From: an uncultured Desulfobacterales bacterium
GTDB taxonomy: Bacteria > Desulfobacterota > Desulfobacteria > Desulfobacterales > CAFBRK01
Reading direction: 5' to 3'
DNA: 45,510 nucleotides
NCBI GenBank assembly: GCA_965602445.1
Contig: CBFCZJ010000001.1
Coordinates: forward strand, 1-45,510
In this document: positions 33,941 through 42,358 of the stretch, piece after piece
Layout: each line of letters opens with the position of its first letter
How positions within the stretch are numbered: position 1 is the first letter of the stretch
The notes under the pieces: generated by a model
Told to the model about the DNA's origin: nothing
Database searches by the model: none
Seen by the model: the letters and a program-made list of their open reading frames with translations, nothing else
Program-made: the position numbers and the translations under genes

Positions 33941-34100
33941 GGTCGGGTGCGCGATTTTCATTCGGTTTCGTGCTGCGCGAAGCACGGCAAGGGTTGCAAT
34001 CAAACCCCGGAGGCGGCTAAGATGCCGGTCGGCCGCTGCCCGGGGCCAAATACTTGGATGCGGTTTTTTTGAAATCAGGCTTGCTCAAAGGAGACGTGCC

Positions 34101-34940
34101 ATGAAGAATCTTCATTTACCGACGGCATGGGTGCTGGCCGTTCTGCTGCTGTTTCCCCTGGCGGCGTCGGGAGCCGATTCCGTTGCATTGATCGAAAGCA
34201 GCGGCGCCGGAAGCGTCAACTGGACCGAGGGATATATCGAGGCCAAAGGAATCGGCGCGCCCCCGGAAAAGTACTACGGAAAACCCAATGCACGGCCGCT
34301 GGCCATGCGGGCCGCCAAGCTCGACGCCCTCCGGAATATTTTGGAGGTGATCAACGGAGTACGGGTGGATTCCACCACCCTGGTGCGGGATTTTACCATC
34401 CAAAGCGACCTGATCCGAACCGAAGTGGAAGGAATGGTCCGGGGGGCCCGGGAAGTGGACACGCAATACATGTCCGACGGTACCGTCGAGATGGTCATGA
34501 GGGTTCCGCTCCACGGCGGATTTTCCGAGATCGTGCTGCCCAAAGACATCCAGCAGGTCGGTTCGATCACCACGGCCGTCGCGCCCAAACAGGACACGGG
34601 GATCTATACCGGCCTGGTGGTCGACGCACGGGGGCTCAACGCGCGTCCGGCGATGGCGCCCAAGGTGGTTGATGAAAACGGCCAGGAGGTCTACGGATCG
34701 GCATTCGTCAGCCGGGAGTTTGCAGTTCAGCAGGGCATGAGCGGATATGCCAAGGCGATCGAGGCCGCCGCGGAAAATGAACGTGTCACGGACAACCCCT
34801 TGACGGTAAAGGGGCTCAAGACCGAAGGCCCCGGGAGGTGCGATATCGTCATCAGCAACGCGGATGCATCGCGGATCCGCAACGCAGCCGAGCATTTGTC
34901 TTTCATGAAAAAATGCCGGGTGATGATCGTCGTCGATTGA
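34101..34940 (+). CDS. Exported LPP20-family-like protein with a second uncharacterised C-terminal domain
   Basis: AAAGGAGA precedes the ATG at 34101. Signal MKNLHLPTAWVLAVLLLFPLAASGA. GYIEAKGIGAPPEK...ARPLAMRAAKLDALRNILEVINGVRVDSTTLV...VEGMVRGA matches the LPP20/FlgP-type pattern by eye. Confidence 0.75.
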   Translation: MKNLHLPTAWVLAVLLLFPLAASGADSVALIESSGAGSVNWTEGYIEAKGIGAPPEKYYGKPNARPLAMRAAKLDALRNILEVINGVRVDSTTLVRDFTIQSDLIRTEVEGMVRGAREVDTQYMSDGTVEMVMRVPLHGGFSEIVLPKDIQQVGSITTAVAPKQDTGIYTGLVVDARGLNARPAMAPKVVDENGQEVYGSAFVSREFAVQQGMSGYAKAIEAAAENERVTDNPLTVKGLKTEGPGRCDIVISNADASRIRNAAEHLSFMKKCRVMIVVD

Positions 34941-35025
34941 GCCGGTTTCCGATGCGGCGGGTAAACGCCCGGCCCGGAATCCCATCGAATACGGGTCCGA
35001 TGTTTTTCGTGGACAAGGAGGAATC

Positions 35026-36192
35026 ATGATTTCAAATAAGTGGATCATCGGCTTGGCGGCGATTCTGCTGCTGACATTCACCGCTTGCGGGCCCAAGCCA
35101 ATGGCGCCGAAGGCGGAACTCGACACCCCCGAACATCATGTCGCAAACGGCAACAAGCTGCTGAAGGCAGGCAAGCTGGAAGGCGCTTTTTCCGAGTTCA
35201 ATCGGGCAAAGGAGTTGGACCCGAAACATTCGCCGGCTTACCTCGGAATGGGAGTCGTATACGGCCTTCAGGGAAATTTTGAAGAGGGGCTTGAGGAGCT
35301 GAAGACCGCCGATCGTTATGCCAAGGGCGACGCAGAAAAGCTCAACGTGGATGTCGGCTACATGCGGGTGTACCTGGCCGGCAAGGAAATCATCGACGAA
35401 AACTGGCTCAGGCGGGTGGAAAACGCCTATCGGGACGCGATTCGCATCGACGACCAGCGGCCGGAGCCGTATTATTACATGGGGCTGGGATACAAGGATT
35501 CCTATGAATTCAGAAAGGCGGCCGTCGAGTTCACCCGCGTGCTCGACTTGAACAAAGACCTGGCCGCCGAGGCCGACAGAGAATATGCGGTTATTCAGCG
35601 CATCGAACGGGCGATGCCCGGCACCAAGGTCGGAAAGAAAATCGCCCTGCTCGATGAGATCACAAGAGCCGACGTGGCCGCGCTGTTTATCGAGGAGCTG
35701 GAAATCGACGAGATATTCCGGCGGCGGATGCCGCGGACCTACGATACCGCTTTCAAGAGCCCGGAAAAGAATTTTCAATCCGGACAGTACGTGAAAACCG
35801 CCCCGGCGACCGATATCGAAGACCATGTGCTCAAAACCGACATCGATGCGGTGATCGAGCTTGGGATCAAGGGCCTGCAACCGTTTCCGGACCACACCTA
35901 TCGGCCCTACCAGCCGATTACCCGGGCCGAGTTTGCCATGATGATCGAAGATATTCTGATCAAAATTACCCGGGATGAAACCCTGGCGACCCAGTTCATC
36001 GGAAGCCCGTCTCCCTTTCCGGATCTGAGAAGCGATCTGCCGTACTTCAATTCCGTCATGGTCTGCACCACCCGCGGCATCATGGAGACGACCGATCCGG
36101 GTACAGGAGAATTCCAGCCGATGAAACAGGTCACCGGCGCCGATGCCCTGCTCAGCATCCGGACCCTCAAAAACCAGGTCGATAAGTTTTGA
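35026..36192 (+). CDS. Lipoprotein with N-terminal TPR repeats and C-terminal SLH-like repeats
   Basis: Lipobox LTFTAC. TPR-like segments include GNKLLKAGKLEGAFSEFNRAKELDPKHSPAYLGMGVVY. The C-terminal segments ITRADVAALF, ...GLQPFPDHTYRPYQPITRAEFAMMI and ...GEFQPMKQVTGADALLSI resemble S-layer-homology domains. Confidence 0.78.
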   Translation: MISNKWIIGLAAILLLTFTACGPKPMAPKAELDTPEHHVANGNKLLKAGKLEGAFSEFNRAKELDPKHSPAYLGMGVVYGLQGNFEEGLEELKTADRYAKGDAEKLNVDVGYMRVYLAGKEIIDENWLRRVENAYRDAIRIDDQRPEPYYYMGLGYKDSYEFRKAAVEFTRVLDLNKDLAAEADREYAVIQRIERAMPGTKVGKKIALLDEITRADVAALFIEELEIDEIFRRRMPRTYDTAFKSPEKNFQSGQYVKTAPATDIEDHVLKTDIDAVIELGIKGLQPFPDHTYRPYQPITRAEFAMMIEDILIKITRDETLATQFIGSPSPFPDLRSDLPYFNSVMVCTTRGIMETTDPGTGEFQPMKQVTGADALLSIRTLKNQVDKF

Positions 36193-36206
36193 CCGGGGGA
36201 GACGCC

Positions 36207-37001
36207 GTGAAAAGACGAGCTGGAAAAAGCGCCGTTCTGTTGGCCCTGACGATGGTTTTTTTGTTCGGGACCGGTGCCTTGGCGTCTTCGGATTCGGCCA
36301 TAACAGTGAAGATCGGCGGAGAATCGGCCGCGGTGTCTCTGCTGGAAGGAAGCGCCTGGTTGAAAAAGCAAGGCAAAGAGCCGGAGCAGCCTCTTAAAAG
36401 CGGCAGCCGGGTCTTTGCCGGGGATGTCGTTCGAACCGGCGGCGGCAGCCGCCTGGAGCTGGCCCTGCCCGAGGGAAGTTTTCTCCGGTTCGATGAGAAC
36501 ACCTCCTTTACGATGATGGCAAGCACCTATCAGGAGGCCGAGGAAAGCCGCAGCATCCGGATCCGGATGATTCTCGGAAAAGCCTGGGCGAGGGTCAGCC
36601 GACTGTTCAAGGGGCGGGGGGGGTTTGCCATCGAGACCCCGACGGCCGTGGCCGGCGTGCGGGGGACGACCTACCGCCTCAACCTGGAAAGGGATCGTTC
36701 GGCCATGGTAAAGGTCTACGACGGGGAGGTGGAAGTCCGACGGCGGATGATCGAATACCGCCCCGCCCAGGGGCCGGCGCCGCTGAAAACGCCCCATCCG
36801 GTGGCCGGACCGGAGCCGGTGGCCGGGCCCAAGGCGGTGACCATGGAAGAGTGGGTATACATCGTCGGTGCGCTGCAGCAGATCGACATCCGCGCGGACG
36901 GAACGGCCACCGAACCCTTTCGCTTCGACATCCAGGCCGACCTGGACGATTGGGTCCGGTGGAACCAGACGCTCGACCGGATGCACGAGGAAAAGCAATA
37001 A
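36207..37001 (+). CDS. Exported FecR-domain protein lacking the anti-sigma and TM parts
   Basis: GGGGGAG precedes the GTG at 36207; the ORF opens at TTG 36189. Signal AVLLALTMVFLFGTGALA. FecR-like beta region: LKSGSRVFAGDVVRTGGGSRLELALPEGSFLRFDENTSF...TPTAVAGVRGTTY. Confidence 0.75.
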   Translation: MKRRAGKSAVLLALTMVFLFGTGALASSDSAITVKIGGESAAVSLLEGSAWLKKQGKEPEQPLKSGSRVFAGDVVRTGGGSRLELALPEGSFLRFDENTSFTMMASTYQEAEESRSIRIRMILGKAWARVSRLFKGRGGFAIETPTAVAGVRGTTYRLNLERDRSAMVKVYDGEVEVRRRMIEYRPAQGPAPLKTPHPVAGPEPVAGPKAVTMEEWVYIVGALQQIDIRADGTATEPFRFDIQADLDDWVRWNQTLDRMHEEKQ

Positions 37002-37038
37002 AAAAGGGCGCCGGCAAAAATGCCGGCGCCCTTTTTTA
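37000..37038. terminator. Bidirectional intrinsic terminator
   Basis: A6 tract, GGGCGCCGGC at 37006-37015, loop AAAAAT, GCCGGCGCCC at 37022-37031, then T6 at 37032-37037. It sits directly after the FecR-gene stop and 34 nt from the ahcY stop on the other strand. Confidence 0.88.
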
Positions 37039-37071
37039 TTGCATGAAGATCAAGACCGCCGGGCGCGTGGA

Positions 37072-38328
37072 TCATGTGCCCATTTGCCATGAGGCCAGAT
37101 ACTTTTTTTGTTCAGCGGTCAGCCGGTCCATCTTGACCCCCATTGCCGCAAGCTTTTCCCTGGCAATGGCCATGTCGATTTCCTCGGGGACCGGGTATAC
37201 CTGGTTGTCGAGGCGGTCGCCGCCCTTGACCATCCACTCGATGCTCAACGACTGGTTGGCAAAGCTCATGTCCATGACGCTGGACGGATGGCCCTCTGCG
37301 GCCGCCAGGTTGATCAGTCGGCCCTCTGCCAGCACATAGACCCGCCTGTCGTCTTCGATCTGATGCTCCACGACAAACGGTCGAATGGTGCGTGTGGCAC
37401 GGGTCAGTTCGCCCAGGCCCGGCAGATCCAGCTCCACGTTGAAATGGCCGGAGTTTGCGACGATGGCCCCGTCTTTCATCACCTTGAAATGCTCTTTTCG
37501 GATTACGTTGATGTTGCCGGTGACGGTGCAGAAAAAATCCCCGATCCGGGCGGCCTGGCTCATGGGCATGACCGAGAAACCGTCCATGACCGCTTCCAGG
37601 GCGGCGACCGCATCGATTTCAGTGACGATGACGTGGGCGCCCATACCCCTAGCCCGCATGGCAAGACCCCTTCCGCACCAGCCATAGCCGGAGACCACGA
37701 AGTTGCTACCGGCAATGAGCCGGTTGGTGGCGCGGATCATTCCGTCAATGGTGCTTTGACCCGTTCCGTACCGGTTGTCGAACAAATGTTTCGTTTTGGC
37801 GTCGTTGACGGCGATGATCGGATACCGAAGCACGCCGTCTGCAGCCATGCTCCTTAACCGAATGATTCCGGTGGTCGTCTCTTCGGTGCCGCCGGAGACC
37901 GACTCGATGAGCTCCGATCGCTCCGAATGGAGGGTGGAGACCAGGTCGGCTCCGTCGTCCATGGTGAACCGGGGGCGGGTGTCGATCACGGCATTGATGT
38001 GGCCGTAGTAGGTTTTGTGGTCTTCTCCCTTGATGGCGAAAACCGGGATTTTATCGTGTTTGACCAGGCTGGCGGCCACGTCGTCCTGGGTGCTCAAAGG
38101 ATTGGAAGCGCACAGAGCCACCTTGGCACCGCCGGCCTTGAGGGCCTGCATCAGGGCCGCCGTCTCGGTGGTCACGTGGAGACAGGCCGCGACGGCCACC
38201 CCCTTGAGGGGCTTTTCAGCAGAGAATCGCTCCCGGATCCGGTTCAACACCGGCATGCTCTGGTGGGCCCACTCGATTCTCAGCCGTCCATCCTTTGCCA
38301 GCTTCAGGTCCTTGACATCGTGATTCAT
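37072..38328 (-). CDS. ahcY: Adenosylhomocysteinase
   Basis: [10 protein letters not shown]...[15 protein letters not shown]...[13 protein letters not shown] and the NAD-binding GYGWCGRG motif. This is the short 418-aa form. Confidence 0.95.
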   Translation of the reverse strand: MNHDVKDLKLAKDGRLRIEWAHQSMPVLNRIRERFSAEKPLKGVAVAACLHVTTETAALMQALKAGGAKVALCASNPLSTQDDVAASLVKHDKIPVFAIKGEDHKTYYGHINAVIDTRPRFTMDDGADLVSTLHSERSELIESVSGGTEETTTGIIRLRSMAADGVLRYPIIAVNDAKTKHLFDNRYGTGQSTIDGMIRATNRLIAGSNFVVSGYGWCGRGLAMRARGMGAHVIVTEIDAVAALEAVMDGFSVMPMSQAARIGDFFCTVTGNINVIRKEHFKVMKDGAIVANSGHFNVELDLPGLGELTRATRTIRPFVVEHQIEDDRRVYVLAEGRLINLAAAEGHPSSVMDMSFANQSLSIEWMVKGGDRLDNQVYPVPEEIDMAIAREKLAAMGVKMDRLTAEQKKYLASWQMGT

Positions 38329-38348
38329 CTTGCCACCTCCAAGGTTCG

Positions 38349-39518
38349 TTATAGCCCCGCTTTTTGACGAAGCACATCGGCCATGTTGATTTGTTCCCAG
38401 GTAAATCCCGGTTCGTTTCGACCGAAGTGACCGTATGCCGCGGTCTGGCGGAAAATGGGGCGAAGCAGGTCCAGGTACTCGATGATGGCCGCCGGCCGGA
38501 GGTCGAACACTTCACGGACGATTTCTTTGACCCGTTCCTTGGAGATTTTTCCGGTTCCCATCATGTCGATCATGATGGAAACCGGCTCGGCGACGCCGAT
38601 GGCGTAGGCGATCTGGATTTCGCATTTTTTGGCAATGCCGGAGGCGACGATGTTTTTGGCGATGTGTCTGGCCATGTAGGAGGCACTCCGGTCGACCTTG
38701 GACGGGTCTTTTCCGGAAAAGCAGCCCCCGCCGTGGCTTCCCTGACCGCCGTAGGTATCTACGATGATCTTTCGACCGGTCAGACCGCAGTCTCCCATGG
38801 GGCCGCCGATGACGAAGCGGCCCGTGGCGTTGATGTAGTAGCGGGTGTTTTTGTCGGTCATCTCCACCGGGATGACGGTCCGTATCACCCTTTCCAAGAT
38901 ACCGTCGCGGAGCTCTTCGTATTCGACGTCCGGTTTGTGCTGGGCGGCGATGACCACCGCATCGACCCGCTGGGGAGCGCCATCTACGTATTCGATGGTT
39001 ACCTGGGCTTTGCCGTCGGGGCGCAGAAAATCGAGGCTGCCGTCTTTTCGGGCGGTCGCCAACTGCCGGCAAAGCTTATGGGAGAGGATGATCGGCATCG
39101 GCATCAATTCGGGAGTTTCGTCGGCGGCGTAGCCGAACATCAGCCCCTGGTCGCCCGCCCCCTGCTCCTTGAACAGGCCTTCTCCGGTGTTGACGCCCTG
39201 GGCGATGTCCTGGGACTGATGGTCGATGCTGGTAATCACCGCACAGGTTTTCCAGTCGAACCCCATGTGCGAGGAGTGATATCCGATATCCCGGATGGTC
39301 TGGCGGACGATCTCCGGTATCTCCACATAGGTGGTGGTGGTGATCTCTCCAGCCACGATGGCCATGCCGGTGGTGACCATGGTTTCGCAGGCGACACGGC
39401 AGTGCTTGTCTTCTGCGATAATCGCGTCGAGAATGGAATCCGAAATCTGGTCCGCCACCTTGTCGGGGTGTCCTTCGGTGACCGATTCAGAGGTAAAGAA
39501 AAAACGCTCGCTGCTCAT
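38349..39518 (-). CDS. metK: S-adenosylmethionine synthase
   Basis: [27 protein letters not shown]...[12 protein letters not shown]...[23 protein letters not shown] precedes the ATG at 39518. The longer ORF running to 40526 is a spurious upstream extension. Confidence 0.95.
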   Translation of the reverse strand: MSSERFFFTSESVTEGHPDKVADQISDSILDAIIAEDKHCRVACETMVTTGMAIVAGEITTTTYVEIPEIVRQTIRDIGYHSSHMGFDWKTCAVITSIDHQSQDIAQGVNTGEGLFKEQGAGDQGLMFGYAADETPELMPMPIILSHKLCRQLATARKDGSLDFLRPDGKAQVTIEYVDGAPQRVDAVVIAAQHKPDVEYEELRDGILERVIRTVIPVEMTDKNTRYYINATGRFVIGGPMGDCGLTGRKIIVDTYGGQGSHGGGCFSGKDPSKVDRSASYMARHIAKNIVASGIAKKCEIQIAYAIGVAEPVSIMIDMMGTGKISKERVKEIVREVFDLRPAAIIEYLDLLRPIFRQTAAYGHFGRNEPGFTWEQINMADVLRQKAGL

Positions 39519-39595
39519 CGGTATTCTCCTGTTCGGGTTGCGGCGTCGGGGAAAAACGCCCGTCAGTTGCCCACGCCGGTGAAGCGGTTTTGAGT

Positions 39596-40426
39596 TTATC
39601 GGGCCGGATCCAGCAGGTCGTTGTCGATCAGCCGCGTCGTTCCGACGCGCACGGCCAGTGCCATCCGGACCGGACCGTTGATTTCCTGCCGGTCTTCCAG
39701 GGTCTCCGGGTCGAATATCCGGATGTAGTCGATGTCGGTTTCCGGAAAGGAGGCGATCACATCCTTTGCGGCCGAAACGATGCACGCCGCGGTTCTTTCT
39801 CCAGACGAAACCATCTGCTGGGCCTCGATCAGCGCTTTTCGAAGCGACAGCGCCGATCGGCGCTGATCGTTGCTCAGGTAGCTGTTCCTGGAGCTCATGG
39901 CCAGCCCATCCGGCTCCCGCACGGTCGGGCCGGCGATGATGGTAACGTCCATGTCCAGGTCTCGGACCATTTTTTTTACCACCATCACTTGCTGGTAGTC
40001 TTTCTCGCCGAACACCGCCGCATGGGGCTTGACGATGTGAAAAAGCTTGGTGACCACCGTGGCGACACCCCTGAAAAAAACCGGCCGGGAAAGGCCGCAA
40101 AGGTGCCGGGGAAGCCGCTCGAGATGGACATAGGTCTCGAATCCCTCCGGGTAAAGCTCGGCTTCCGAGGGCGTAAAGACAATGTCGACCCCTTCTTTTT
40201 GGGCCAGTGCAAGATCCCGGTCCAGCGCCCGGGGATAGTCCTGAAAGTCTTCTCCAGGTCCGAATTGAGCCGGATTGACGAAGATACTGACCACCACCAC
40301 ATCTCCGACGTGCCGGGCGAGACGGATCAGGGACAGGTGCCCCTCGTGGAGAAATCCCATGGTGGGAACAAAAACAATCCGGCGGCCGGGGCGGAGCCGG
40401 TCCGCCAGTGCCTGCATCGAGTTCAC
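39596..40426 (-). CDS. panC: Pantoate--beta-alanine ligase
   Basis: [16 protein letters not shown]...[15 protein letters not shown] are canonical PanC motifs. 40426 is GTG; an ATG lies 9 nt downstream. Confidence 0.9.
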   Translation of the reverse strand: MNSMQALADRLRPGRRIVFVPTMGFLHEGHLSLIRLARHVGDVVVVSIFVNPAQFGPGEDFQDYPRALDRDLALAQKEGVDIVFTPSEAELYPEGFETYVHLERLPRHLCGLSRPVFFRGVATVVTKLFHIVKPHAAVFGEKDYQQVMVVKKMVRDLDMDVTIIAGPTVREPDGLAMSSRNSYLSNDQRRSALSLRKALIEAQQMVSSGERTAACIVSAAKDVIASFPETDIDYIRIFDPETLEDRQEINGPVRMALAVRVGTTRLIDNDLLDPAR

Positions 40427-40809
40427 GTTGCGGACGACGTCGATGATTTCCTCCGACGCAAGATGTTTCGGCAGCCGAAAAAACGCCGGCCGCCAGCGGT
40501 GAGTCCACCAAATTTTTGTAGATCAACCGGGGGATGTTGTCAACTAAAGGAAATGCCTGTCAAAGGGGTCCGGGCGGCTTGCTTCGGTTCGTTTTATTGT
40601 GATACAGATCCGAATATCGGTTGCATTCATGTCGACATTTCCGCCATTTTCCGGAATGGGTATTACAAGAGCGGGCCGCTGCCGATGCCCGCTGTGGGCA
40701 ACGCAGGGGCCCGGCGCTACGGATGCCTCCGTTTTTTGCCGGCGCGCAGGAGCGGAACTCCTTGGCGTCTGAACCAAAAGTCGGTTGCCTCAAGGAAGGG
40801 AAAAGGTCC

Positions 40810-42321
40810 ATGGGCGTGAGCGCTCAGGTGCGATCCACATTTGTCGTCTTGCTGCTGATGCTGGCGATGGCCGCCGCCCTGCCGGCGGTTTGTTCGGGGG
40901 CCGGCACCGGCGCTGCCGCCGCCCTGGATGCCGAAACGGCCGGACACCCTGTCGAGGCTGAAGCCGCCGACCACGGCCACGGAAACCTGGGGGAGATCCT
41001 TCCGCTCTGGAGCTGTCTACCGTTTGCGGGGATGCTTCTTTCCATCGCTTTGTTTCCCTTGTTTTCGCCGGCCTTCTGGCACCACCACTTCGGAAAGGTG
41101 TCTGCCTTCTGGGCCGCCGCTTTCGGGATTCCATTCCTGTTTTTCTACCGCGGAATCGCAGTGTACGAAATTTTGCACATCATCCTGGCCGACTACGTTC
41201 CGTTTATCATTCTTCTCTGGTCTCTGTACACCGTGTCGGGGGGGATTATTTTGCGGGGCTCACTTCGGGGAACCCCCCCGGTCAATGCCGGCATGCTGCT
41301 GCTGGGAACCATTCTCGCCTCCTGGATGGGGACCACCGGCGCGGCCATGCTTCTGATCCGCCCGTTTCTCCGGGCCAACAGCTACCGAAAGAGCCGAACC
41401 TTCATGGTGGTGTTTTTCATCTTCCTGGTGGCCAATATCGGCGGCTCCTTGACCCCGCTGGGCGATCCGCCCCTGTTTCTGGGTTTTTTGCGGGGGGTGA
41501 ACTTTTTTTGGACCCTTCATATCTTTCCCCACATGCTGCTGACGGCCCTGATTCTTCTGGCCGCCTACGTTGCTATCGATGTCTATTTCTATCGCAAGGA
41601 AAAGGACGCCAAGCCCGACGACGGCCCCGGGGAGCCGATCCGCCTGGAAGGCACCTACAACTTTCTCTTTTTGGGCGGAATCGTCGGTTCGGTGCTCATG
41701 AGCGGAGTCGTGGAATGGGGGGATGTCAACGTCCTGGGGATCCACCGGGCGGTTCAGGACTGGGCCCGGGACGGTCTTCTGGTGCTCATGGGGGTGTTGT
41801 CCCTGGTGGCGACGCCCTATCGGATTCGTGAGGACAACGAGTTTACCTGGTTTCCGATTATCGAGGTGGGTTATCTGTTCATCGGCATCTTCATCACGAT
41901 GATTCCCTGCCTGCTGATTTTAAAGGCCGGCAGCGCAGGGGCCCTGGCCATGCTGATCAACGCGGTAAAAGAGCCGTACCACTACTTTTGGATCACCGGG
42001 TTTTTGTCGGCCTTCTTGGACAATGCGCCGACGTATCTGACTTTTTTCAGCACCGCTTTGGGCCGCTTCTATCCGGGGATGGCAGAGGCCCAGGCCGTGC
42101 CGCTGTTGATGACCGAGAGCAGCATCTATTTGATGGCGATTTCAACCGGGGCCGTGTTCTTCGGGGCAGTCAGCTACATCGGAAATGCGCCAAACTTCAT
42201 GGTCCGTTCCATCGCCGAGGAAGCCGGCACGCCCATGCCAAGCTTCTTCGGGTACATCTTCAAATACGCCCTGCCCCTGCTGGTGCCGGTTTTTCTGGCA
42301 GTGACGATCATCTTCTTCTGA
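40810..42321 (+). CDS. Ion transporter superfamily permease (ArsB/NhaD/CitMHS-like, usually annotated as sodium:proton antiporter)
   Basis: About 12 TM segments. Motifs include LIRPFLRAN, FLVANIGGSLTPLGDPPLFLGF, and FLSAFLDNAPTYLTF...GNAPNFMV. The ATG at 40810 is preceded by AAGGAAGGGAAAAGG. Confidence 0.78.
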   Translation: MGVSAQVRSTFVVLLLMLAMAAALPAVCSGAGTGAAAALDAETAGHPVEAEAADHGHGNLGEILPLWSCLPFAGMLLSIALFPLFSPAFWHHHFGKVSAFWAAAFGIPFLFFYRGIAVYEILHIILADYVPFIILLWSLYTVSGGIILRGSLRGTPPVNAGMLLLGTILASWMGTTGAAMLLIRPFLRANSYRKSRTFMVVFFIFLVANIGGSLTPLGDPPLFLGFLRGVNFFWTLHIFPHMLLTALILLAAYVAIDVYFYRKEKDAKPDDGPGEPIRLEGTYNFLFLGGIVGSVLMSGVVEWGDVNVLGIHRAVQDWARDGLLVLMGVLSLVATPYRIREDNEFTWFPIIEVGYLFIGIFITMIPCLLILKAGSAGALAMLINAVKEPYHYFWITGFLSAFLDNAPTYLTFFSTALGRFYPGMAEAQAVPLLMTESSIYLMAISTGAVFFGAVSYIGNAPNFMVRSIAEEAGTPMPSFFGYIFKYALPLLVPVFLAVTIIFF

Positions 42322-42358
42322 TCGAACCGCCCCAGACGGAGGGCTTCAAGAGATACGA

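Noticed and set aside
39519-39595. Possible SAM riboswitch upstream of metK
   Set aside because: Only 77 nt separate the panC stop from the metK start. That is too short for a SAM-I aptamer plus expression platform, and no conserved SAM-riboswitch core was recognisable.
39519-40526. N-terminal extension of the metK ORF (a 725-aa reading frame)
   Set aside because: The canonical MetK N-terminus [20 protein letters not shown] starts at 39518 behind AGGAGA. The extension is Arg/Pro/Gly-rich and overlaps panC in another frame.
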